Positions 48,469 through 56,835 of a DNA stretch of 56,835 nucleotides are shown here, one piece after another. Below the pieces are notes generated by a model. It was given only the letters and a program-made list of their open reading frames with translations, was not told the origin of the DNA and made no database searches. The stretch comes from a virus (taxonomy: Duplodnaviria; Caudoviricetes): the IMG/VR virus record IMGVR_UViG_3300001751_000003, positions 1 to 56,835 of that record; one strand, 5' to 3'. The translations under genes and the position numbers were made by a program. Numbering within the stretch: position 1 is the stretch's first letter; each line of letters starts with the position of its first letter.

Positions 48469-49684
48469 ATTATTTATTTGAAGTAAGAGATAAAAGCACT
48501 AAACGTAAAATAAAAATTTATGGATCGGCTTTTCATACTATATTAGGACCAGTTTTTATTATTTTTTCAGAAAATCAATTTTTATTTTCAGCTGTTAACA
48601 ATTATACACCAGCAAAAGAAATAAAAAAAATGAATATACAGATCATTATAATTCTAATGATCAAGAAGGAAGGAATGATGATAAATGAGAAAAGAAGGTA
48701 AAATAGCCATAGAAAATAATTTATTAGATAAGATATTAGAAAATAGAAAATCTAATGAAAGTATTGATGATTATATTAATAAAATTTTAGAAGATCATTT
48801 TTATTTACTTTATAAAATTGATATTAAACCAAATAAATATAAAAAAGATTTAACTATAGAAGAAATTTATAAATTAAAAGAAAATCCGAATTTCATTATA
48901 TTATCAGATAAGACAAATTATGAATTGAAAAAAACAAAAGAATTATTTAATAATTTAAAAATTATTGGTAATAAAGAAGATGAATTAATTGGGTATGCAT
49001 TAAGATTGATTCAAAGTATTAACAATACAAAATTACCTAAAGGAGAATAATATCTATGAAAATATTAAGAATTTTGCTTATTAATACATTAAAAGAAAAA
49101 GGACTATTAATTCTAAGTCCTAAATTAAAAATTGAAAATTCGGGCAATTTTCAATCAATTAAAAGCATAATTAGTAAACTAAATATAGAAAATAATTTTG
49201 CATATGAAAAAATATTTGCAACTTGTATAACTAAAAACTTAAATTATAACTATGAATACAATTTTAATTATTCAGCAAAGAAATATCAAATGAAAGATAG
49301 TAATACTAAATTATATGAAAATTGGGCATATTCTAAGTATAAATAAATTGAGGTGAAATTATGAATCAATTAACAATAGAACGTTTTTTACATAGAAATC
49401 CAATAGAATTTAAATGGAATATTTCATTTGGTGATTTACATATTTTTTCTATTGGTGATCCACATATTTTATCAAGAAAATATAATGATAAAGAAATATA
49501 TCTTGATTTTACAATTAATATTAACTCAATAACTATTATTGGGCTTAATTATAAGGAAGTATTTATAGAAACTAAATTTGGCAAATATTCTTTTAATCGC
49601 AAAGAAGAAAGTATCTTAAAAAAAATTCAAGGTAGTAACCAAAAAGAATTATTAATAAGAAGATATGAGAATGATAAGTTATGA
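48465..49684 (+). CDS. Run of four short hypothetical ORFs (48465-48701, 48685-49050, 49056-49346, 49361-49684)
   Basis: Overlapping or adjacent starts and stops with RBSs; no recognisable motifs. Confidence 0.4.
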
Positions 49685-50172
49685 TCATATTAATTGATTC
49701 TAGAGAAAAGGAGAACAGCCATATATTAAATTATATGGCTGTTAATAAAATATCGGTTAAAAGAAAACAAACATTAAAATTCGGTGATTATTCATTTATT
49801 GATCATAACACAGATTATAGAAATTTGATTGTAATTGAAAGAAAAAATAGTCTTGATGAATTAGCTCTAAATTTAACTTCAGGTAAAAAAGATAATCCTG
49901 TTAATCGTAGGGAACGATTCAAAAATGAATTTAAAAGAGCTAAAGAAGCAGGAGCTAAAATGGTTCTTTTAATTGAAAATGCTACTCAAGAAGATATAAA
50001 AGAGCATAATTATAGATCAAAATTACATCCGAATGCATTCATAGGATCATTAAATTCTTGGTATAATAAAGGATATATTGACAATATTTTCTTTTGTCAA
50101 GACAAGAATGATGCAGGATGGGCAATGTTAAAGATTTTTAAACAATACCTTAATTTATATGTTAGTAAATAA
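49681..50172 (+). CDS. ERCC4-domain nuclease (resolvase-like)
   Basis: IDSREK, L.FGDY, IERK..LDEL, RF..E..R. Confidence 0.85.
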   Translation: MIILIDSREKENSHILNYMAVNKISVKRKQTLKFGDYSFIDHNTDYRNLIVIERKNSLDELALNLTSGKKDNPVNRRERFKNEFKRAKEAGAKMVLLIENATQEDIKEHNYRSKLHPNAFIGSLNSWYNKGYIDNIFFCQDKNDAGWAMLKIFKQYLNLYVSK

Positions 50173-50184
50173 TTACCAAATCAA

Positions 50185-50213
50185 TTGACAAAATACGTTC
50201 CACGTAGTATAAT
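50185..50213 (+). promoter_or_regulatory. Consensus sigmaA early promoter, copy 3
   Basis: TTGACA-17-TATAAT within TTCCACGTAGTATAATTATAGTATA. Confidence 0.85.
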
Positions 50214-50256
50214 TATAGTATAAAGAAATAAAATTTAAAATTCTTAGGAGGAAACT

Positions 50257-50406
50257 ATGAAAAATTTTATTAATAATTTTACAAATTTAGAAATTCAAAG
50301 CATTGAAGAAATGGAAGATTGCGGCAATATCGAAGCGTGGATGCTTGTCTCAGATGCAAAAGGAAAATTATCTTATGTTGATTATACTGAGAAAGACTTA
50401 TTTTAA
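50257..50406 (+). CDS. 49-aa acidic early protein (not in the ORF track)
   Basis: AGGAGG RBS; MKNFINNFTNLEIQSIEEMEDCGNIEAWMLVSDAKGKLSYVDYTEKDLF. Confidence 0.65.
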   Translation: MKNFINNFTNLEIQSIEEMEDCGNIEAWMLVSDAKGKLSYVDYTEKDLF

Positions 50407-50430
50407 TTTATATTAAAGGAATAAGAGCAA

Positions 50431-50613
50431 ATGGCAAATAAGAATGAATTAATAAGAAATTGTCAGATAACAAGTTGTAAACATAATAATAATGGTACAT
50501 GTAATTTATCTCCAGGTGAAGATTGTACGGAAGCAACTGTTGTTAAAGACAATACAAAAGTAAAAAATAGAAAAAATGAAAAGGGCAAGAAATGGTATGA
50601 ATTAGATAAATAA
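50431..50613 (+). CDS. Small Cys-containing protein
   Basis: C...SCKHN...C....C pattern; followed by a terminator. Confidence 0.5.
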   Translation: MANKNELIRNCQITSCKHNNNGTCNLSPGEDCTEATVVKDNTKVKNRKNEKGKKWYELDK

Positions 50614-50621
50614 CAAAAATT

Positions 50622-50647
50622 AAAGAAGGGTTTTCCCTTCTTTTTTT
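50622..50647 (+). terminator. Intrinsic terminator
   Basis: aaagaaggg-tttt-cccttcttt plus T tract. Confidence 0.7.
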
Positions 50648-50838
50648 ATAAATATTAATTAGAAAGGAATTATATTTAAATGATTTGTAACTATAATGAT
50701 AAAAATTGTTACTTTTACAATGATTGTAATTGTACAAGATCAATTAAAGAAAAATGTCTAAAGGAAATTGATAATACAAGCAAAATAAAAAAAGATGCAA
50801 AAAATTATTGGAACAATTTTAAGACTAAAAAAAGATAA

Positions 50839-51195
50839 TTGCTAATTAAAAATTGCTAAGTATAAATTATATTTAGCAATTTTTTTTATCTCAAAATATT
50901 TATATTAGCAAAAAATCTTGTTGCTAAATATATTTTTTTTTGCTAATATTAAGATTGCTTGGGAAAACAAAATCTTTGCTAACTTGATTAATTCTTGTCT
51001 AGCAAAGATTTTTATTTCTAGCAAAGAAATAAATTAAAAGGTCGAATATCATTAAAAACGTTTTACCTAGCAAAATTTTTTGTTTTGCTAAATTCATTAT
51101 ATATTATACCTAGCAAAAAATAAAAAGAACTTAGCAAATATTTTTTAATTAGCAAATTATAACCTTAGCAATTTTTTTTTGCTAAGGTTATAATT
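50839..51195. repeat. Non-coding array of 16 TAGCAA/TTGCTA boxes ending in a 17-bp perfect inverted repeat
   Basis: Boxes counted directly; IR aattataaccttagcaa-T7-ttgctaaggttataatt at 51155-51195. Confidence 0.85.
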
Positions 51196-51416
51196 ATAAT
51201 TATCTTATTTTTTCTTTACCTATATAGATAGAAAATTGATTTTCATGATCTCGATTTTCATGATCTTTATATTCATTTAAGTTATAATATTTTACTTCAT
51301 CATCATCCAGCAAAAAAATATTTAGTCCATTTTTTTTATTAAAAAATATTATGCCAAAGATGAATTTTATTATCAAAACTAATATTTTGTTAGCTCCTTT
51401 CTAAGTGATATTTTTA

Positions 51417-51656
51417 TCACATTGATTTTCCACAACAGTCAAGACAAAGTTTTTTTTCGCTATCATAACATTCGATAGAATGTACATCATTTCCGCAACC
51501 TCCACCACTACTACTACAAGTTGTTGAATCTTTTTTTCTTAGTTTTTTTCCACAAACATTACATGTTATTTCATCATCATAAAGTTTACCATCTGAATTT
51601 TTATTATATGGTGACTTTTTGTTTGAAACAAAGATATATCTTGATATTTTCATCAT
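51417..51656 (-). CDS. Small Cys-rich zinc-finger protein
   Basis: CNVC...C...C..H..C...CLDC. Confidence 0.55.
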   Translation of the reverse strand: MMKISRYIFVSNKKSPYNKNSDGKLYDDEITCNVCGKKLRKKDSTTCSSSGGGCGNDVHSIECYDSEKKLCLDCCGKSM

Positions 51657-51663
51657 CTCCTTT

Positions 51664-51885
51664 TTATAAATCTCTTATGTCTGTTTTTATGCAATCGTCA
51701 CATAGTCCACGTGCTCTATTGAAACATGCTCCATGCACATATACACTTGATTTATGCTTTTTGCCATGACATATACAAGTTGTATAATCTTTTATATTTC
51801 CAGTTTTACCACAAACAGCACATGTAAACTCATTTTCATTATTATTGTTGTATTCATCTTTTTTAAATAAGTCAAAAAATCCCAT
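51664..51885 (-). CDS. Small Cys-rich zinc-finger protein (similar to its neighbour)
   Basis: CAVC...CIC...H.AC...CDDC. Confidence 0.55.
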   Translation of the reverse strand: MGFFDLFKKDEYNNNNENEFTCAVCGKTGNIKDYTTCICHGKKHKSSVYVHGACFNRARGLCDDCIKTDIRDL

Positions 51886-51998
51886 TTATTTTTCCTTTCT
51901 TTTTTTTAGGTCTTCTATCCCCTGCCGAAAAAATGTCTCTATTTTATCATTTTTGACCTCAAAAGAGGGTAGGGAACAACTAAAATTTGTAAATTAAA

Positions 51999-52346
51999 TT
52001 AATATCTTTTTTTCTGAGATATTGCCACAGCAATATTTTTATCATGTAAATCTTTAAAAAATAATTCTTTATTGGCGAAAGAAAACCTTATCTTATAGCC
52101 ATAATTACCATCAAAAAATATAAATGCTCTTTTTTCATTCCATAGAACAACTGTTAATTGTGAAGTCATAGCAGAACCGCCAATTCCTTCATGACCTCCA
52201 CTTGTATTGCCCCATATTTGAGTAAATGATTCTAGTTGAAATCCTTCATTTGGTTGCTCTATTAATTGTAGCAGCCTATCGTAAATACTAAGGAAAATCC
52301 TTGCAATTCTAGGCATATCATAATATCTATATTTCATCATATTCAT
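51999..52346 (-). CDS. Phage hypothetical protein
   Basis: FTQIWGNTSGG..GIGGSAMT motif. Confidence 0.55.
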   Translation of the reverse strand: MNMMKYRYYDMPRIARIFLSIYDRLLQLIEQPNEGFQLESFTQIWGNTSGGHEGIGGSAMTSQLTVVLWNEKRAFIFFDGNYGYKIRFSFANKELFFKDLHDKNIAVAISQKKRY

Positions 52347-52426
52347 TTCCCTTTCTACAACTTATTGGAGTGTTATATTCTCCGTAATCTCCGCTTGTAT
52401 CAGCTTCAAAAACAATGGCTGTATTA

Positions 52427-52927
52427 TCAGTGAATGTTATTTTTATCCTTATAAATTTTATCTATTTCAACAACTTCAATCCTATTTTGCAAGCCAATAT
52501 TTGAAATATCAGCTCTTATTTTATGTGGTTCTAAGTTGTTTATTGAACAAAAAATATTTAACATTGATTCAATATCTAAGAGATCATTTAAGGAATAAAT
52601 CACAACGTAACATTTATCATCTTGTCTTATATGATTCATTTCCGAAAATTGTAAAAAATGTTTAGTGTTCTTTTTATCCCAATTAAACTCAAAGACCATC
52701 CATTCAAGTTTTTGATATTTATTTGACCTAATCCTTATTTCTAAAAATTGTTTTTCTTCAATTTCTTTTTGGCAATCAGTACACAATGCTAAGTTATTTG
52801 TTACATGTACTCTATGACAATATGTGCATTTTATTCTTTTTTTCATTGTTTTATTCCTCCATAGTTTTAAAATTTTTAAATTCTTTTTGAATTCTATTTT
52901 TAATTGATAATTATTCATCAATATCAA
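52427..52927 (-). CDS. Hypothetical zinc-ribbon protein (likely start ~52846)
   Basis: CTYC...CTDC; GGAGG RBS before MKKRIKC. Confidence 0.5.
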   Translation of the reverse strand: MILMNNYQLKIEFKKNLKILKLWRNKTMKKRIKCTYCHRVHVTNNLALCTDCQKEIEEKQFLEIRIRSNKYQKLEWMVFEFNWDKKNTKHFLQFSEMNHIRQDDKCYVVIYSLNDLLDIESMLNIFCSINNLEPHKIRADISNIGLQNRIEVVEIDKIYKDKNNIH

Positions 52928-53357
52928 TCTCCAAGCTAAATAATCTCGTTATATCTTCTGGCTTATGTCCATCATATTCTGGGGCGTTTTTCAGAGTTTT
53001 TATTGTTAAGAAGTAATTCCAGTATTTAATATTATAATGATAAGTATATTGTCCATCTGGTGTATTAATTCCAACTATAAACATATTATCAAACATTGTA
53101 TTATCATGATGAAATAAACTTTTCCAAGCTTTATTTCTATATTTTCGACATATAATCGAAAATAAAATCATTCTATGAAAGTATAATTCATCAAATGAAT
53201 GGTAGCCATCTGAAATTCTACCAGTATAATTCTTTTCACTTTTAAAGATAAGATTACAGTGATTGCATTGAAAAACGTTACCACTTAGAAAACAATTCAA
53301 TTGCGAATCAAGTTCTAAGCAGTCTGGACATATTACAACTTTAATTTCATTATTCAT
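52911..53357 (-). CDS. WDGH-like phage protein with an N-terminal zinc ribbon
   Basis: SDGYHSFDELY.HR..LF, AWKS..H.D, GQ.TYHY, AP.YDGH. Confidence 0.65.
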   Translation of the reverse strand: MNNEIKVVICPDCLELDSQLNCFLSGNVFQCNHCNLIFKSEKNYTGRISDGYHSFDELYFHRMILFSIICRKYRNKAWKSLFHHDNTMFDNMFIVGINTPDGQYTYHYNIKYWNYFLTIKTLKNAPEYDGHKPEDITRLFSLEIDIDE

Positions 53358-53414
53358 TATCTATTATTTTTCCCTTCTTTTTTCATTTCTTCAATTAGCC
53401 ATTTAGAAAAATCT

Positions 53415-54002
53415 TTATTTTTTTTTACATCCAACATCATTAAAAATAATTTGTGGTACTCTTTCATATGGTGGAAGTCCTTCTTGAATATTTCCAATTT
53501 CAACTTGTTTTAACATTTCAAATTCATTAATAAATGTATCAAGTTTTTCTTTTAAAAATTCAAAACAAGCTTGTTTTTTAAGACCAGTTACTATAATGCC
53601 AGTTCCAGAAAGTTTCATATGATGTCTTTCGTTATGAGTGCCTTTATGCTCTGTCCAATATTCAATATACATTTAAAAATATCCTCTCTTTTTCTTAGTT
53701 TTAAAAATCTATTTTAAATTTTTTTTAAGATTTTTATTGATATCTAATTGACTGATAATAATAAATTTACCTTCTTTCTTAGCTTCCCATTGCTGTCTCA
53801 ATTTACGATTTTCATATAATTGATTCAAAGCAATATTAAGTTTATCAACTTCAAATTTTTTTGAATCAACTTTTATTTCATAGTCTTTTGTCAATTGACC
53901 TGAAAAGAAAAAGTTGATTAGTTTTGCATCTTCATTAATTTGCTTTAATTTTATATAGTTCATAATTTTGCTTCTTTCATTTTTATAAGAACTGGAAGCC
54001 AA
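53415..54002 (-). CDS. Two short hypothetical ORFs (53415-53672, 53709-54002)
   Basis: Same strand as the replication operon. Confidence 0.4.
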
Positions 54003-54328
54003 TGCGGCTCCTCATATTCAATAGCTTTTCTAGCTAATGGAAATTTAATTATTTTTCCATCTGCCATATATACTATGACATTACAAACACTAAGTTTTAT
54101 CTTATCTTCTTCCTCGAGTTGTCTTATTGCCTCTGAAAATTCATCTGACATATTAATCCAATAATACATATTTTTATATCTTGATGGACCAACAACATTA
54201 TCTCCATTATAGTTAATATTGTTGTCTTCAAACATATCTTCTATTTGTGCGAAGCTTATACCTTCGCTTCTTTCTTGTAATAAATTTAAAATCATTTCTT
54301 TCATTTTTTCTTTCATTGTTTTTATCAT
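53960..54328 (-). CDS. SaPI-type 'pathogenicity island protein' homologue, downstream of the helicase
   Basis: SFAQIE..FE.NN.NY.G, N..YW..MS.EF..AI..L, YM.DG..I.FP, HWLPV. Confidence 0.6.
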   Translation of the reverse strand: MIKTMKEKMKEMILNLLQERSEGISFAQIEDMFEDNNINYNGDNVVGPSRYKNMYYWINMSDEFSEAIRQLEEEDKIKLSVCNVIVYMADGKIIKFPLARKAIEYEEPHWLPVLIKMKEAKL

Positions 54329-54335
54329 TCCCTTT

Positions 54336-56279
54336 TTATTTTATTTTAGGCGGCAATGGTAAATCGTTATTACTATTTAAATCATTTTTGATTTCTTCAG
54401 GAGTCATATTATCCCAAATAGTTATATTTTTATTTTTAGTTAATACTTCTGTATTAACTATTATTCGCTTTTTTAACTCATTATCGATTCTTGCATTTTT
54501 ATATTCAATAAGACCTCTATCAATAAGACTTTTTTTATCATTCCAATTAAAGCCTTTTTTTTCTAAGTACTCTTTTAATGGATTTAAAATAAAATATATT
54601 TGATCTTCCCTTACTGCTCCATAACAATAATTACATTTAAATTCTTTTCCAGTAATTTTAAAAGCATTTTCATTGATATCATAAAATTCTATTATTGTAC
54701 GTAACATTTTTATATCAGAATCTAAATTTTCAATATCTTGTAATTTTTTAACAAATATTTTGCCTAATTTAATCGAATAATTAATATCATCAATATCAAA
54801 AAATAATTTTCTATAAATATAATTTGCTAAACTTATAGAAGCTATCATATATAAATGTTGTTTATTTTTGTTTTTATTGTATATCTTATTTAAGATTTCT
54901 TGATATATATTATTTAGAATTGGTTTTAATTTAATTACTTCCTGTATATATAATTCGCCTAATTGCCCATAATTATTTTTAATGAATAGATAATTATCTC
55001 TTGCAAATTCTTCCTTTGAAAAGTCATCTAAATTTTTAAGGTTTTTTGGTACACAATCAACAGATAAACATATTACTCGATTTATTTCACCTTCTTTATT
55101 TGAATCCTTTTCCATTGAATGTTCTGAAGTACACGACATTATAGTTCTCCATGTTACTGACTCCATTATTTGTGCATTTTTATTTAATCTTTGTCTGCCA
55201 CTTTCATTCCCTACTCCATAAATATCTATTGTTTCTTCCTTTATTTCATCAATATAAAATGGCAGGTTATGAAATTTGGCTAATTTCTCCATTAATACAA
55301 GTTTTGTGTGTCCACCTGAAGAACTTAATTTTTCAGGATCACCAAAACAAGCTATTCCAAATTTATTTGCTAATGATTTAAAAGTACCTGATTTTCCATA
55401 ATAATTTATGGAAAAACTTCTTATTCCTATAAGATCGATAAGAGGTGCAGCAAATTTTTCAGATATTATAAAGTCACTATCATAATTATCATTAATAAAA
55501 TTTTTTAATTTGTTAATAAATTTATTAATTTCCCCTTTGGGCTGGAAGGCTTTTATGGTATTTTTTAAATATTTGCTTGTATCTCCTGTAAAATCAATAT
55601 TTAATTTATCTGAATATGGAAAAAATTCCGTATTATTTTCATTCCATCCCATGTATGGAATAGTTATTTTATCTGGAATTTCATTTTCTGAACTTATTCG
55701 AGTAAATAATGTAGTTAAATCTTTTTTAAATTCTTCATTTGTATTGACTGCCAATGAATTCATTAAAAAACTTACACATAATCCCCATTTTCCTATAGTT
55801 TCAGCCGAACATAATTCAATCCTTGATTCTTTTGTTACCGGATCAAAACTTTCAATTTCAAATTGATAAATATCATGATATTTACTATAAACCTTTGATT
55901 TAATAAAAAGCCATTTATCGGATATTCTAACATAATGAATATAAGTGTTTTTAGGAGTAACTTTTTCTTTTCTAACCAATATTCCTAAATTATCATAAAT
56001 AAAACCATCTGGAATTATTGAATCGTTTAATGTTATTTTTATGATAGATTCTCTATTGTATATATTTTTTATTGTATTCTTGATATATTCTCTTTCGTCC
56101 GCTGTGATATCTTTATTTATATATACAATTACTACTTTTTCTTTTAAAGTAACATTATATAAACCCTTAATGTTATCGAATTCTAAATAAACTTTTTCAT
56201 CTCCTAATCTAATAGAATTTATACGTTTATTTAAAATTGTAATTAAAGAATTTATACTTTTATATTTAATCTTCAACAT
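54336..56279 (-). CDS. DUF927/Cch-like replication helicase-initiator
   Basis: YMGW, SF.INYYGKSGTFKS (variant Walker A), LPFYIDE, GRQRLNKN, W....STSE, G.INR, NYG.LG. Confidence 0.75.
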   Translation of the reverse strand: MLKIKYKSINSLITILNKRINSIRLGDEKVYLEFDNIKGLYNVTLKEKVVIVYINKDITADEREYIKNTIKNIYNRESIIKITLNDSIIPDGFIYDNLGILVRKEKVTPKNTYIHYVRISDKWLFIKSKVYSKYHDIYQFEIESFDPVTKESRIELCSAETIGKWGLCVSFLMNSLAVNTNEEFKKDLTTLFTRISSENEIPDKITIPYMGWNENNTEFFPYSDKLNIDFTGDTSKYLKNTIKAFQPKGEINKFINKLKNFINDNYDSDFIISEKFAAPLIDLIGIRSFSINYYGKSGTFKSLANKFGIACFGDPEKLSSSGGHTKLVLMEKLAKFHNLPFYIDEIKEETIDIYGVGNESGRQRLNKNAQIMESVTWRTIMSCTSEHSMEKDSNKEGEINRVICLSVDCVPKNLKNLDDFSKEEFARDNYLFIKNNYGQLGELYIQEVIKLKPILNNIYQEILNKIYNKNKNKQHLYMIASISLANYIYRKLFFDIDDINYSIKLGKIFVKKLQDIENLDSDIKMLRTIIEFYDINENAFKITGKEFKCNYCYGAVREDQIYFILNPLKEYLEKKGFNWNDKKSLIDRGLIEYKNARIDNELKKRIIVNTEVLTKNKNITIWDNMTPEEIKNDLNSNNDLPLPPKIK

Positions 56280-56289
56280 ATAAACTCCT

Positions 56290-56472
56290 TTATTTCTCCT
56301 TATTTTCTATTGATTCAACTGGCTTTATTGTTGGTTCTATTATTAATTTGTTGTCTTCTACAGTTATAGAGATATATTCCTTAATATCAACTAATTCTCT
56401 TATCTCTTTCGATAAAACAATACATTTAGAACCACTTGAACCATATACAGATATTTTTTTGATTAATGCCAT
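56290..56472 (-). CDS. AbrB/MazE-like regulator heading the replication operon
   Basis: KKI...G.S.CIVL.KEIRE..I......VEDNKLIIEP; GGAGG RBS. Confidence 0.6.
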   Translation of the reverse strand: MALIKKISVYGSSGSKCIVLSKEIRELVDIKEYISITVEDNKLIIEPTIKPVESIENKEK

Positions 56473-56570
56473 TTCAAACCTCCAAAGTTATAATAGTCTT
56501 TTATACTTTATTTAACTTATAGTATACTACAAGTAAGCAAAAAATCAAGAATTTTTTAGTGTTTATTTTT

Positions 56571-56690
56571 TGGCAACACTTGTATATTACTAATAATCAC
56601 ATTTTAAATTCGGCAACACTTGTATATTACTAATAATCACATTTTAAATTTGGTAACACTTGTATATTACTAATAATCATGTTTTAAATT
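56571..56690. repeat. Three tandem 40-bp direct repeats (origin iterons)
   Basis: (t/c)gg(c/t)aacacttgtatattactaataatca(ca/tg)ttttaaatt at 56571, 56611, 56651. Confidence 0.9.
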
Positions 56691-56770
56691 AGGTGTTACT
56701 TTTTTTCTTGCAAAAAGTAACACTAGGTAACAAAAAAAGTAACACCAAAAAATTAGTGATATTCTGCTTT

Positions 56771-56835
56771 TATTATATATATATATATATAGTTACCTAA
56801 TATAATATATATATATATATATATATATAGAAAAG
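56771..56835. repeat. Terminal direct repeat, copy of 1-65
   Basis: Exact match. Confidence 0.9.

Noticed and set aside
50839-51195. TAGCAA array as a mini-CRISPR or tRNA cluster
   Set aside because: The repeat unit is only 6 bp, in mixed orientation with irregular spacing; no cloverleaf or T-loop motifs
56571-56690. 40-bp repeats as a CRISPR array
   Set aside because: Repeats are head-to-tail with no unique spacers, and no cas genes are present

Overview
This window looks like a complete, circularly permuted, very AT-rich siphovirus genome of a Firmicute (probably clostridial) host: bases 1-65 repeat exactly at 56771-56835. It carries terminase, SPP1-type portal, minor capsid, scaffold, HK97-type capsid, tail and lysis genes. 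Replication and recombination genes include a Bet/RecT recombinase, an intein-containing RecD2 helicase, an ERCC4 nuclease, a DnaG-type primase and a DUF927 helicase next to an iteron-rich origin. I see no integrase. The main result is a ~12 kb island inserted in the head module, with its own promoter and terminator. It encodes a pseudaminic-acid-like (nonulosonic acid) pathway: PseB, PseC, a minimal NeuB/PseI, PseF, PseH, formyltransferase, PIG-L deacetylase and methyltransferase. It also encodes a GT29 sialyltransferase-like enzyme, a CDP-ribitol/TagF-type module and a two-domain Tad1 anti-Thoeris sponge fusion. Other notable signals are a ParB plus TAGT/GREB1-like glycosyltransferase pair before the terminase, a non-coding array of 16 TAGCAA boxes, a leader motif shared by the scaffold and major tail protein, and a covarying tandem hairpin over the scaffold RBS. 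All family calls come from motifs recognised by eye; no searches were run.
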